From assembly GCA_964619725.1 (NCBI GenBank), contig CAZUFC010000001.1, forward strand, positions 1 to 64,000: 64,000 nucleotides of DNA, in the 5' to 3' direction. Below, piece by piece: positions 10,827 to 21,046 of the stretch (positions within the stretch are counted from its first letter, which is position 1; each line of letters opens with the position of its first letter). The notes beneath the pieces are model-generated. The model ran no database searches, had not been told where the DNA came from, and worked only from the letters and a program-made list of their open reading frames with translations. This DNA is from an uncultured bacterium. Lineage in GTDB: Bacteria > CSSED10-310 > CAZUFC01. A program made the translations under genes and the position numbers.

Positions 10827-12017
10827 ATGGACCATATTGACTTAGACCATAAACCGACGCATGATGAGTTATTATGCCGGATTTTCATTGAACTGAAAGA
10901 GAACGAGGGATTGGATAAAATTGCGGGGCGACTGGCGGAAAAAGTTTCTGCTTGCGCTGAACTCTCTGCGCTCTATCCCAATCTGTCTGTTCAGCGCCTG
11001 AAAACCAGAGTTTATAAAATCGAATCTCCCTATATCTGGTTGGCCTGTCCTGCAGTTATGTTTGAGTATCCCAATGTCGTTAACATGCTCTCCCGTTTCA
11101 TCGCTCCTGCCCGCACGATTCCCGGCATTCAAAAACTGACGATAGATGATATCCGGTTTCCTGATTTTTCACTTGAAAGGTTTCCCGGACCGGATCGAGG
11201 TTCTGTCGGTTTTAAGGAATTCATGAGTGATGACCGGCGATTGTATCTCTCGGTGAACCTGGAGGATTTTTACGGTATCGACGCTAACGAATTCGCCGAA
11301 TTGGTTCTTAAATTTTTCTTGAGTGGAGCGGACATTGTATTCGAAGGCAATAGAATAGCGGATCAGTCGATAAACAGGTTCAAGGAAAGGGTTATGCTGG
11401 CTGAAACCATGAGGCAGAAAGCGGAATCGAAAACCGGCAGCGCCAAGATATTCATCGCCAACGTCACCGCTGATCCGCACACCATGCTTTATCGCTCCCG
11501 TTTTTTAAGGTCCGTCGGAGCGCCGGCCTTTTCAGCGGATATGGCCGCCGTAGGCATTGCCGGCGTTCATGCTCTCAGAAACCAGGAATTGCGGCGGTTC
11601 ATTCGTGCAGACTCTTCAATTTTTTCTCCTGTCATGAACAATACGAAAGCAGTCCTATCCGATTTTTTACAACTTAAATTGTTAAGGTTGGCGGGAGCCG
11701 ATATAATATCCGTCAGCGAAATTGACGACGATGACTCTTCATTAACGGAAAATTACAGCGCTTTCTACAATATCCTAACATCTGACGGGGATGCTGATGA
11801 ACAGAGAGAAGGCGGATTCCCGCAACGCTGGACTGAAGTGAGAAGCGCGGTTCCCGAACTCTCCATCAGCGCTGACAAAGCAATCTCATCGACTTTGATT
11901 GGCAGCGGTCGTTTCCCTTTATGCATCATGCTTAACAATATCCTGGGCGAATTTGAACAAATGCAGGAAATCGTGAAACAGACTCGTCGCCGTTTCGAAG
12001 AATTGGAAAAAGTTTGA
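10827..12017 (+). CDS. RuBisCO large-subunit-fold protein, degenerate active site
   Basis: FPGP..G, ADQ..N.FKERV, KAESKTG..KIF..NVT and LRLAGADI match the RuBisCO/RLP barrel. The KxK and KDDE motifs are absent. Confidence 0.75.
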   Translation: MDHIDLDHKPTHDELLCRIFIELKENEGLDKIAGRLAEKVSACAELSALYPNLSVQRLKTRVYKIESPYIWLACPAVMFEYPNVVNMLSRFIAPARTIPGIQKLTIDDIRFPDFSLERFPGPDRGSVGFKEFMSDDRRLYLSVNLEDFYGIDANEFAELVLKFFLSGADIVFEGNRIADQSINRFKERVMLAETMRQKAESKTGSAKIFIANVTADPHTMLYRSRFLRSVGAPAFSADMAAVGIAGVHALRNQELRRFIRADSSIFSPVMNNTKAVLSDFLQLKLLRLAGADIISVSEIDDDDSSLTENYSAFYNILTSDGDADEQREGGFPQRWTEVRSAVPELSISADKAISSTLIGSGRFPLCIMLNNILGEFEQMQEIVKQTRRRFEELEKV

Positions 12018-12062
12018 CACGGCTCCCCGGAAAATTCATAATCAGGATAGGGGAGGGAATCG

Positions 12063-13799
12063 ATGGCCAAGAATCCGGGTTTTACGTTTCCTAAAGACAT
12101 GTTTCGCAAAAAATCCAGGGAAAAACTTTCACTGCTCCAGGACCTCGCTTCACGTCCGGGAACTGACGTTACTCCAATTGCAAAAGGTTTATTCCTCAAT
12201 TCAGAGGAAGATATCAGGGTCAAAATTGAAGCGCTTAAGCTGCTGAAAGGGTGCGAAGAAAAAAAATTGATCGGCGAAGCGTACAGACTTTTCCGCAATC
12301 GTGAAAAATTAATCGCCAATATGGACGACGTAGAACAACACAGGCTTATGATCAATCTGCAAAGAACCGCAATGGAATATTTCCAGTCGCTGCCCAATAG
12401 GAGAAATATCCTATGCGTTAAAGATTTCCTTCGCTCAGGATTGCTCGAAAAACCCGGCGCCGGAAGACGATTGCAGAATTTCAAAGAAGCCATTAAACGC
12501 GATCCGCCGCAGGCCTTTGAATTCCTTAAATACCTCTTCGACGACAAAATGTTTCATCACCTGAAACTGGCAAGCGCGTTTCTTAAAGCAGGAATTATAA
12601 AAGCAGCTCAGATTGAACTGTACAAAGCCTGGACGGCCAAAGGGCACAAACCGCGTCTATGCCGGTGGTGCAGCCGTATGATGAAACTCGCTGATATGAA
12701 ACAGGCCGCTATGGAAGAAAATGAACATGCCGAATTCCTCGAAGAATCCCTGGACGTCTACGATGAAATAAATCTTAAAATTGAGGATAAAGGCAGGGAC
12801 GATATGAGCTTCGACAAGCAATTCCACAAATTGATCCTGGCCAATTCGTTCCAGGAAGCTTTTCAGCTCGTATCGCGCAAATTGATCGACGACAGGGACA
12901 ACCCGATCTTTCATATGCGGAAAGGCGATGTCTTCGCGTTCATGGAAAATTTTGATGAAGCGGAAGCGGCCTACCTTAAAATCTTTGATTCCGACCCCTA
13001 TTATTACGAAGCATACATATACGCCGCTTTTATGTTTCAATTCTTCGGCGAAAATGAAAAAGCCCTCAAATATTACTCAAAATATATCGAAAAAGTCCCT
13101 CATGACCTCGAATTGCTGGCCAGAACAGCATATCTTGAAGAACTCTGCGGCGATCCGAAAAAAGCACAGGAGCTTTTCAAAATATGCATGGAAATATCAG
13201 TGGATGAACCCGGCGTAAGATATGATTACGGACGCTGGCTCAAATTACGGAAAAAACATTTGAAAGCCGTCCAGGTTCTGGAAGATACCTCCAAAAACAA
13301 AGAATTCAAAGTGGAAGCGCTGTTCGAGGTTCTTTGCGTGCACATGGAAATGGGCAATATTAAAGCGGCCAGGCAAACAGCTCACAAAATCATGGACAAC
13401 ATGAAACCATTTTTCGCCAAAGTCGAAATATTCGTGGAAAGCCTGGTCGACCTGAATCTTATCAAGGAAGCCCAAAGAGTCCTTATTTACCTCGAAAACA
13501 GAGGCATTAAAACCCCTCAATTAATGCTGCAAAAATCGCGATTATCTCTGATATTGAACAGAGATTCGCAGGCCATCAAAAACCTTTCGGAAGCTTTCTG
13601 TTATCCTTTCGGAGTAAAAATACTTGATTACTGGAAACGCAAAGGCTTTTTTATGGTCAGGTTCAATGAAAAAGAGCTTCGAAACTTGATGCAAAAAATG
13701 GCGAGTTATGACATTTTCAAACGCCTTAAAAATTATAAAGACTTCAAACAACTCCTGATTTACAGCCGCTCACGCTGCAACGAAGAAAAAGATTCCTAA
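12063..13799 (+). CDS. TPR-repeat protein
   Basis: Long ORF with an RBS and TPR-like helices (KGDVF...EAEAAYLK, KALKYYSKY). Confidence 0.7.
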   Translation: MAKNPGFTFPKDMFRKKSREKLSLLQDLASRPGTDVTPIAKGLFLNSEEDIRVKIEALKLLKGCEEKKLIGEAYRLFRNREKLIANMDDVEQHRLMINLQRTAMEYFQSLPNRRNILCVKDFLRSGLLEKPGAGRRLQNFKEAIKRDPPQAFEFLKYLFDDKMFHHLKLASAFLKAGIIKAAQIELYKAWTAKGHKPRLCRWCSRMMKLADMKQAAMEENEHAEFLEESLDVYDEINLKIEDKGRDDMSFDKQFHKLILANSFQEAFQLVSRKLIDDRDNPIFHMRKGDVFAFMENFDEAEAAYLKIFDSDPYYYEAYIYAAFMFQFFGENEKALKYYSKYIEKVPHDLELLARTAYLEELCGDPKKAQELFKICMEISVDEPGVRYDYGRWLKLRKKHLKAVQVLEDTSKNKEFKVEALFEVLCVHMEMGNIKAARQTAHKIMDNMKPFFAKVEIFVESLVDLNLIKEAQRVLIYLENRGIKTPQLMLQKSRLSLILNRDSQAIKNLSEAFCYPFGVKILDYWKRKGFFMVRFNEKELRNLMQKMASYDIFKRLKNYKDFKQLLIYSRSRCNEEKDS

Positions 13800-14055
13800 T
13801 CAATAAGTACGGATGCCCATTTCCGGATAAGTAAAAAGCGCAAACGCGGCAAAAAGACAACCGCACCAAAGCCCGGTTATCCGCCGACCGCTCAAAAAAA
13901 TTAAAAACAGACCGGATAAACGGACAACCCAGGCAAAGGAAAGCTTTCCGCCCATCAACCCGCTAACGGCAAAAACAAACCTGCAATAAAAACAAAACAA
14001 AAACCTCAATCCCGCCGAAAAACAACCCAGTCTTACTCCCCCTCTCCAGCCATGG

Positions 14056-14266
14056 CTCTGGCATTAGGATAACAGGAACCAATCATTTTTCTTAAAGCAA
14101 AAAACGTTAAAAATGTATTCGTTGTCGCTGTCGAATTTAAACTCGAAGCTCATTCATGTGAAATTGGGTTTAAAATTCATTGCGCACGATACTCCGACAA
14201 CGACAACGATTCATCAGCCAACATATTTAGAAGTAATGAAGCAAAGCTTATCCTAATACGTATTCC
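14056..14266. mobile_element. MITE-like element family A, copy 2
   Basis: ATTAGGATAA...TTATCCTAAT inverted repeat and 8-bp direct repeat AGCCATGG (14048-14055 and 14267-14274). It interrupts a CCCCTCTCC...GGAGAGGGG hairpin. Confidence 0.8.
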
Positions 14267-14295
14267 AGCCATGGAGAGGGGGCCGGGGGGTGATG

Positions 14296-15387
14296 TCACC
14301 CGTTTTTTTGAGCGAAACTGTTCATAAAATCAACCAGCGTTTTAACATCTTCAATCCTAACGCCGTTATAAAGACACACCCGCAAGCCTCCCACAGACCA
14401 ATGACCGTGCACTCCGGTAATGCCTTCTTCTTTCGCTTCTTCTATGAATTTTGCCTCTAATTCCTTGTTGGGGCAGCGGAATATTGCGGTCGTCAGGGAG
14501 CGGCTATCCTTTTCTGCCGTTGTTTCATAGAATCCGCCGTCTTCGTCGACGGCATCATAAACTGATCTTGCTTTCGCTTTGACCTGTTTTTCCATTTCCT
14601 CGATGCCGCCGTTCTTCTGCATCCATTTCAACATTTCATTCATCATGTAAACGGAAAAGACGGGCGGAGTGTTATAAATGGAATCGAATTCCGCGTATTT
14701 TTTGTACTGGAAAGGCGTGGGTATGTCCGTCCTGGCTTTTTCAAGCAGAGATTCCCGGATTAAAACCAGGGTCATGCCGGCTGTACCCAGGTTTTTTTGA
14801 ACGGCGGCATAGATGAAGCCGAACGGTTGTAATTTGAGCCGTCTGGTCAGCAGATCGCTTGTCATGTCCGCTGCCAGGGGCGTGACGCCTGTTCTGGGAA
14901 AATCGTTAAACTGAGTTCCATAGATCGTATTGTTTGAAGTAATATGAACGTATACGGCAGACATATCCAACCGCAGTTCATCCTGTCGCGGGACGCGTCG
15001 ATATGTTCCATTTGCTTTCATATCTGCCGCTATGTTTGCAGCGCCGACCCTCCGGCCTTCGTACCAGGCGTCTTCCGCCCATTTGCCTGTGATGATGTAG
15101 TCAGCCGTTTTACCGGCCTGCAGAAAATTCATCGGCAACATGCCGAACTGCTGCCTGGCTCCTCCATGAACGAACAATATTTTCCATTCGTCATCCAGCT
15201 CCAGCAAATCGCGTAAACGCTGCTGCGCCTCCTGGTTCAATTCTTTATATGCCGGCGACCTATGCGGCAATTCCGTTATGGACATTCCCGTATCTTTATA
15301 ATTCAGAAATTCCTCCCGGACCGATTCCAGGACTGCAAGAGGAATCGCTGCCGGACCGGCGTTAAAATTCATCATTCTTTCTGTCAA
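14296..15387 (-). CDS. serC: Phosphoserine aminotransferase
   Basis: NFNAGPA, HRS, NNTIYGTQ, DMTSD, QKNLG (PLP lysine) and YNTPP motifs. Confidence 0.92.
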   Translation of the reverse strand: MTERMMNFNAGPAAIPLAVLESVREEFLNYKDTGMSITELPHRSPAYKELNQEAQQRLRDLLELDDEWKILFVHGGARQQFGMLPMNFLQAGKTADYIITGKWAEDAWYEGRRVGAANIAADMKANGTYRRVPRQDELRLDMSAVYVHITSNNTIYGTQFNDFPRTGVTPLAADMTSDLLTRRLKLQPFGFIYAAVQKNLGTAGMTLVLIRESLLEKARTDIPTPFQYKKYAEFDSIYNTPPVFSVYMMNEMLKWMQKNGGIEEMEKQVKAKARSVYDAVDEDGGFYETTAEKDSRSLTTAIFRCPNKELEAKFIEEAKEEGITGVHGHWSVGGLRVCLYNGVRIEDVKTLVDFMNSFAQKNG

Positions 15388-15481
15388 TGTCTTTCCTCCT
15401 GTAAGTTCCGCTGCGGGCCCGCCGAGCTGCAGGGTGCGGAAGCGAAAAAAGAGTATTATTCGATCTGAAATTCATCGAGCA

Positions 15482-16720
15482 TTATTCAGCCAGCGAATGC
15501 AAGATCAATCCCGACCTGAGTTTAGGTTCAAACCAGGTGGATTTGGGCGGCATGACTTTACCGGCATCCGCAATAGCCATTAACTCATCTATCGAAGTGG
15601 GAAATAAGGCGAATGCGGCTCCTCCTTCGCTGTCCGCCCGGCGCTCCAGTTCTTCCAGTCCGCGGATTCCGCCGACAAAATCGATCCTGTCGTCTGTCCT
15701 GGGGTCTTGTATTCCCAGCACGGGAGTCAGAAGATTATTCTGCAGAATGGACACGTCCAGCGATTCCACCGGATCATCCTTTTGATAAGTTCCTGGTTTA
15801 GCTTTCAAGCGATACCATTTTCCTGCAACATACATGCTGAATATCCTGGGTCTTTCGGGTGAAAATTTCTCCCTTTCCTCAACCTCAAAAGATTCGCTCA
15901 CTGCTTTCAGTAAAGCTTCCGGGGTCCTTCCGTTCAGGTCTTTTACGACTCTATTGTAAGGAAGAATAAGCATCTGATCGTGCGGAAAAACCACCGTCAA
16001 AAAGAAATTATACTCCTCATCGCCATTATGACTCGAATTCCGTTGCTTCCTTGCTGCTCTGACCCGGCAGGCTGCCGCGCTCCGGTGATGACCGTCGGCA
16101 ACGTACAAAGCGGGGATTTGCCTGATCATCGCATGCAGACGGTCGATGTCTTCAGGATCGCTCACAGTCCAGAATGTATGTCTTATTTTATCCTCAGAAG
16201 TGAAATCATATTCCGGAACCTGCAGAGTCAACTGATCGATCAGATCGTCCATGCCCGGCAGTTTCCGATAAGTAAGGAAAACCGGACCGGCCTGAGCGTT
16301 CAACGTTTCAATATGGCGCGTCCGGTCATCTTCTTTCCTGGGACGGGTAAATTCGTGTTTTTTTATCAACCCTCTTTCATATTCATCGACGGATGCGCAT
16401 GCGACGAGTCCTGTCTGAACATGCTCGCCCATCTGCTGCCGGTAAATATAATAACAGGGTTTTTCATCCCTGATCATGTAACCGCCGGATACCAGACGCT
16501 TCAAATTTTCAGCGCCCTGCTGATAAACCCTCGGATCATATACGTCCACATCAGGTTCCAAATCTATCTCAGGCTTGACCACATGAAGAAATGAAAGCGG
16601 ATTGCCTTCCGCTTCAATCCGCGCTTCAGCGGAATTTAAAACGTCATAAGGAGGACTCGCAATCCTGGCCGCATATTCTCCCGCAGGCCGTACGCCGCGG
16701 AAAGATTTAAGTTCGGACAT
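15482..16720 (-). CDS. DUF1015 family protein
   Basis: PPYDV, IKKHEFT, YVADGHHRSAAA and MPPKSTWFEPKLRSG motifs. This family is a common neighbour of serC. Confidence 0.92.
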   Translation of the reverse strand: MSELKSFRGVRPAGEYAARIASPPYDVLNSAEARIEAEGNPLSFLHVVKPEIDLEPDVDVYDPRVYQQGAENLKRLVSGGYMIRDEKPCYYIYRQQMGEHVQTGLVACASVDEYERGLIKKHEFTRPRKEDDRTRHIETLNAQAGPVFLTYRKLPGMDDLIDQLTLQVPEYDFTSEDKIRHTFWTVSDPEDIDRLHAMIRQIPALYVADGHHRSAAACRVRAARKQRNSSHNGDEEYNFFLTVVFPHDQMLILPYNRVVKDLNGRTPEALLKAVSESFEVEEREKFSPERPRIFSMYVAGKWYRLKAKPGTYQKDDPVESLDVSILQNNLLTPVLGIQDPRTDDRIDFVGGIRGLEELERRADSEGGAAFALFPTSIDELMAIADAGKVMPPKSTWFEPKLRSGLILHSLAE

Positions 16721-17159
16721 GGTACATCTCCTTGAAATATTTGATTTCCTGTCTTCGTCAACAGCAATTTTTACCTGCAGAATAGGATGACAAACGCTGC
16801 GACCGGCAGATTCTAACAGGTTAACGCCGAACAGACAACCAGTTGAAATCCGCCCAACAAACTACGTTTTCGGGGCGCGTGAGATATTCTGAGTTTCAAA
16901 ACGTATCGACCCACAATGGCGGATTGCGTTCGAAAAGGGATAGAATTGCTGTTTTTCCGTTACTTTCTTCACTTTGACTTATTTTTTGAAAATTATCCCG
17001 TATATAGACAATTATACGGCGATTTCATCCATCATGTTTCCATAATCAACCTCATATTCAACGAGGGAGTCAATTCGTGGAAATATATGAAAAGCTTCGA
17101 CCGAAATTTTGCGCTTCGTAAAAAACGCTGAACGAATGAAACCGGCGAGCATTAAAAAA

Positions 17160-17416
17160 AAGACTGAACAAACAGGGGTTACACTTCTTTCAGAACTTTT
17201 GAAAGTTTGTTTCAGTAATCGGGGTCTGAATCGTTATCGGGGTCGGCGTCGGGAGCAGGAGCGGGATCGGGGTCGGGATCGGGGTCGGCGTCGGGATCGA
17301 TATCGGGATCGGTATCGATATCGGCGTCGGTATCGGGATCGGGGTCGGGGTCAAAACAAAATGAGGGGAAATTCTCTCTAATCGTAACCTCAAAAGAGGC
17401 ATTTTTGATCAATGCC
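17160..17416 (-). mobile_element. MITE-like element family B with internal hexamer microsatellite
   Basis: Reverse complement of 52085-52299 and 63072-63241. It ends in TTTTTGATCAATGCC and contains RTCGGG-type hexamers. Confidence 0.75.
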
Positions 17417-17474
17417 GTTTATCGGACTGAACAAATCCGCAACCTGACGCAGCATTGGGGGAAATTCGCCCGTT

Positions 17475-17546
17475 TATGGATCAAAAACCCAAGTGACTGT
17501 CCAGCATTAAATTTTGAATCGAGATTCGAGTTTATGGACAGTCACT
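17475..17546. repeat. Dispersed hairpin element, also at 52399-52470
   Basis: TATGGATCAAAAAC..CTGTCCAGCATTAA.TTTTGAAT.GAG.TTCGAGTTT..GGACAG is shared by both copies. Confidence 0.7.
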
Positions 17547-17584
17547 AACTAGCTGAATTCCTGCTGTTCCGCGAAGCGGACCAA

Positions 17585-18640
17585 TTAATTCTCGCTCGCG
17601 AGAATTAACCCTTCCGCAGTCTCTTCAGGACTGGTCAGCATGAGTTCCACACCGAGGAGCTTCTGAATAAAATAGTCATCGGCCCTGTAATTTTCATAAA
17701 CGTTTTGCCGGGTTATCATACGAACGAAAACCGGAAAAGATGAGGCATCTTTCGTGTGCATCGAATCGGAATAAACGGTAAAGTTGAACGTGGAATACCC
17801 TCTTTTCTCATAATAGGACAGGACCTTCGACATTCCTTCGGCCAAACCCCTCAATCCCGTTTTTTTCAATTCTCCGAGAGAACGGCATTCCGGAAGGATG
17901 CCCAGGACTTCATTGGCGCCCATGGGAGCAAAAGGCGTCACCCAATGAACGGAATTCTTCTCGCCGACATAGCGCTCATTATTCTCCTTTTCCGTCTCGA
18001 TGAGTTCCTTGAAATAGTCGCCGCGGTTTTCATCCCGGTATCTGTCGCAGTCGCTTTTGAGTTTTTCGATTTCAGTGAAAGCGTTTTTGCCTCCCATTAA
18101 TTGAAGATGAGGATGAACGATCGTGGCGCCGGCAGGAAAAAGATAATTGCCGTTTATTGTCATATGCTTCAAATCTTCGTCCGAACGGTGCACTATTTTC
18201 GCAAAATCGACGGCCGCCTTTAATCCGTCATACAGCAACTCAGCGTCGAATTCCGATAGTTCCCGGTAATGACGCTCGCCCAGGATGATTACAGCATGAA
18301 TCGGCGCCAGGGGAAAAAGATTGGGAACAAGCAGTGCATCTCCCTGTTTCAAACGGCCTTCAGACAGCCACTCGCTTTTGTATTTCGGCGTTGTCTTGTA
18401 AACGTTTTCAGGACAGAAAAAACAGTTTTCCCGCGTCTTTTCCGCTACCGCTTTTATCAATTCTCTGTCGCTTGCGCCGAAAAACATGCCGGCCTTGTCC
18501 TTCAACCGGGACGTCCCGATCGCCCAGCGACCCGTTAACGGGTCTCGGCGCCGCTCTATAACGTCTTCAACTTCCTCCATATTCTGCAAAGGATTGTGGA
18601 ATCTGATCGATTCTTTCACGGATTCAAACTCAATACCCAT
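17585..18640 (-). CDS. GalT-like (HIT superfamily) nucleotidyltransferase
   Basis: RRDPLTG, CFFCP, PNLFP and GATIVHPHLQ (HxHxQ) motifs. Confidence 0.8.
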   Translation of the reverse strand: MGIEFESVKESIRFHNPLQNMEEVEDVIERRRDPLTGRWAIGTSRLKDKAGMFFGASDRELIKAVAEKTRENCFFCPENVYKTTPKYKSEWLSEGRLKQGDALLVPNLFPLAPIHAVIILGERHYRELSEFDAELLYDGLKAAVDFAKIVHRSDEDLKHMTINGNYLFPAGATIVHPHLQLMGGKNAFTEIEKLKSDCDRYRDENRGDYFKELIETEKENNERYVGEKNSVHWVTPFAPMGANEVLGILPECRSLGELKKTGLRGLAEGMSKVLSYYEKRGYSTFNFTVYSDSMHTKDASSFPVFVRMITRQNVYENYRADDYFIQKLLGVELMLTSPEETAEGLILASEN

Positions 18641-18667
18641 AAATCTGTCCCCTTCCTCAGCTTCAGA

Positions 18668-19717
18668 TTAATCCCTCTTTTTCGCAGAAATAATGTCGCC
18701 GAACTGATCGATGTCCATTTTAACGATCTTTCCCGCGTCGTCCTTTTCAAAACTAACCTTGATGTCTTCTATCTCATCCATGAAGAATGAGGTTTCCGAT
18801 TCAGGCACAAGCAGAAAAACAACCCCTGCCGGAGTCGACAAATTCAAATTTTTGCCTTCGACGGAGACGTCGAAAAATTTATCGGGGCTTCGAACCATGG
18901 CGTATCGCCCGGAAGCATTCTGAAGCGCAGCATCGTCAAGCACTGCCGTTTTTTTCTGTTTAACCTTTCCCACAGGCGCAATATATATCGTGAACTCATC
19001 CGTGCCGTCGACATCCAGCACATCATCCATTTTTTCCTGAAGATAAGCCCCGATAGCGCATGTTCCTCCTCCTACGGCTTCCGCGGCCAGGTAAAGGTTC
19101 TGGCAGACATGCCCGGCATCCAGGGCGATGAACTTGCATCCGTAATGCATATAGCGCCATTCCATGCGGTAGGGCACTGCCGTCCAGATGAACACGACTG
19201 GAGCGCTCCCCACGAATCCCTGACCGTGGCATCCGTCGGTAATCCTTTCTGCCAGGTCCCGGCCGGACTTGAGGAACACCAGTTTATGATCCAGCGGCAA
19301 ATAACGGTACAAACCGGGATCAACGCCGTCGACTTTATTGATCAGCAAATATGTCTCAAAAGCATTGCGCGCGCCCGCCGAAGGAACCGTCCTGATTGTC
19401 GTCGTAGGCTTGCCTTCCTTGTTGCGTCTCGTCTTTTTTACTCCCTGCGTCGTATACAAGAGAAAAGACAATTCCTCTATCGTCAGAGGAATATCCTCGT
19501 AACGCCGGCGGCTTCTACGCTGTATAACGACGTCGAACAAAGGCGGCGTTTTTATCCCTGAAGCATCAGGGTCGGGGAGGTCAACAAGCCTCGCATCAGC
19601 GTCATATCCCTTCTGCATTTCCGGCATTGCCTTCCCCATACTCTGATCGCTCCGGAAATCCTCCAATCCCTCTTCACTGTATCCTTTTAAAAATATCCGG
19701 TAATCCTTCTTATTCAT
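18668..19717 (-). CDS. SagB/ThcOx-type nitroreductase-family protein with extra C-terminal domain (DUF3471-like)
   Basis: RRSRRRY, RTVPSAGARNAFETY and DAGHVCQNLYLAAEA motifs. Confidence 0.85.
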   Translation of the reverse strand: MNKKDYRIFLKGYSEEGLEDFRSDQSMGKAMPEMQKGYDADARLVDLPDPDASGIKTPPLFDVVIQRRSRRRYEDIPLTIEELSFLLYTTQGVKKTRRNKEGKPTTTIRTVPSAGARNAFETYLLINKVDGVDPGLYRYLPLDHKLVFLKSGRDLAERITDGCHGQGFVGSAPVVFIWTAVPYRMEWRYMHYGCKFIALDAGHVCQNLYLAAEAVGGGTCAIGAYLQEKMDDVLDVDGTDEFTIYIAPVGKVKQKKTAVLDDAALQNASGRYAMVRSPDKFFDVSVEGKNLNLSTPAGVVFLLVPESETSFFMDEIEDIKVSFEKDDAGKIVKMDIDQFGDIISAKKRD

Positions 19718-20248
19718 CGGTCTCCTCCTTTTTCAAAATTAATCGCTTAAAAAAATTTATATGCACTCCCCGGTTCAAACGCCCGCAAGAAAACAGATGC
19801 ATGCTTTTATTTATACCGGCAGACGCTGACGGACGTCTCTCCATACTCCGGCATCTATCCTGAACCAAAGCAGCATCCAGAACATTTTCAACTCCAATCA
19901 GACAAAAGTCAACCAAACACAGAATCCGAACACTCATCAAACATGTCCGTTTTCTGAACGCACATGTTCAGTTAATGAACCCGAAGGCAGGAAACTTCTG
20001 GAAAAAAAGCGTTCCTTATGATGAAAAATGGTTCCGCAATTGTAAATCTGCCCAAAGAAATCATCCCCAGGATCAAAAGCCGGCAACGATATTGCTTCTA
20101 TCTCGTAAGGAAAAGATTCTGTTAAAAACAAGCAGAATCTTCTGGAGAACAATGACTGACTCGAACGCACAATTAAAATTACCCGGGCATATTGAAAAAA
20201 ACGTCTTGCTCCCTGGTCCCTGGGGCAATCGAGGAGGAGGATGAACCG

Positions 20249-20785
20249 ATGAAAAAAACATTCATTTTAATTATTCTGTCTCTTTTTCTGTTATTCTGCG
20301 TCGGTGGAGCATACGCTGAACCCGTTGAACCAGACGAAAATGAACACGAAAAATTGTTCATGCTTCATTATGAAAACGGTAAATTGCTCCTGGACAAGGA
20401 TGAATTTGAAAAAGCCGCCGAAGAATTTTCAGCCGTCATCGAAACAAACTCTGAATATACCGAAGCCTTCTTCAACCGGGGACTCTCGTTCGCCTACCTG
20501 GGCGAGTATGAAAAAGCCCTGGAAGATTTCACTCAGGTATTGAAAGTCAATTCCAATGACGGAGATGCCTATTACAATCGGGGGAACGTACATTTCGATC
20601 AGGGCGACTATGAAAAAGCCATAGAAGACTACAAAAATGCCCTCGAAATCGATTCAGAAGATGAAGAAGCCGAATACAACCTGAATCTGGCCAATTTTTA
20701 CCTGGAAAACAACCGGATCGATTCAGATGAATCCGTTGAGGAAAATCAGGAGCAGCATCACCGGGATACTGAAAGCGCCGAATAG
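20249..20785 (+). CDS. Secreted TPR protein
   Basis: GAGGAGG RBS, signal peptide (AYA) and canonical TPRs (AFFNRG, AYYNRG). Confidence 0.85.
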   Translation: MKKTFILIILSLFLLFCVGGAYAEPVEPDENEHEKLFMLHYENGKLLLDKDEFEKAAEEFSAVIETNSEYTEAFFNRGLSFAYLGEYEKALEDFTQVLKVNSNDGDAYYNRGNVHFDQGDYEKAIEDYKNALEIDSEDEEAEYNLNLANFYLENNRIDSDESVEENQEQHHRDTESAE

Positions 20786-21046
20786 TTCTCATGCGGTTAA
20801 TAAGGATTCTTCGCTCATCATGAAGAACATGAAGCTCACGAAGAATGCAGTAAAGACGGCATATTCCCTAACAGGATTAGACCCGGTGTAGAACCCGTCC
20901 GAAATGCCTGAAGACCTCTTCTTATCTTCTCTGTGAGAATCCGGCATCAAGCATCCGGAAAATAGCCGGCGACTTTGCAAAACATAACGATCCTGAAGGA
21001 ACCGATCCATCCCTTTTTAATGATCGGCATACTCAATTGCAGCCGG

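Noticed and set aside
10827-12017. Functional CO2-fixing RuBisCO
   Set aside because: The catalytic Lys/Asp/Glu motifs are absent, and no small subunit, PRK or AMP-pathway genes are nearby.
17109-17412. Arg-Asp, Pro-Ile/Thr and Asp-Pro repeat ORFs
   Set aside because: They are translations of the hexamer tract inside a family B element and are not conserved in the other copies.
18668-19717. RiPP (azole) biosynthesis cluster
   Set aside because: The SagB-like enzyme stands alone, with no YcaO or precursor peptide.
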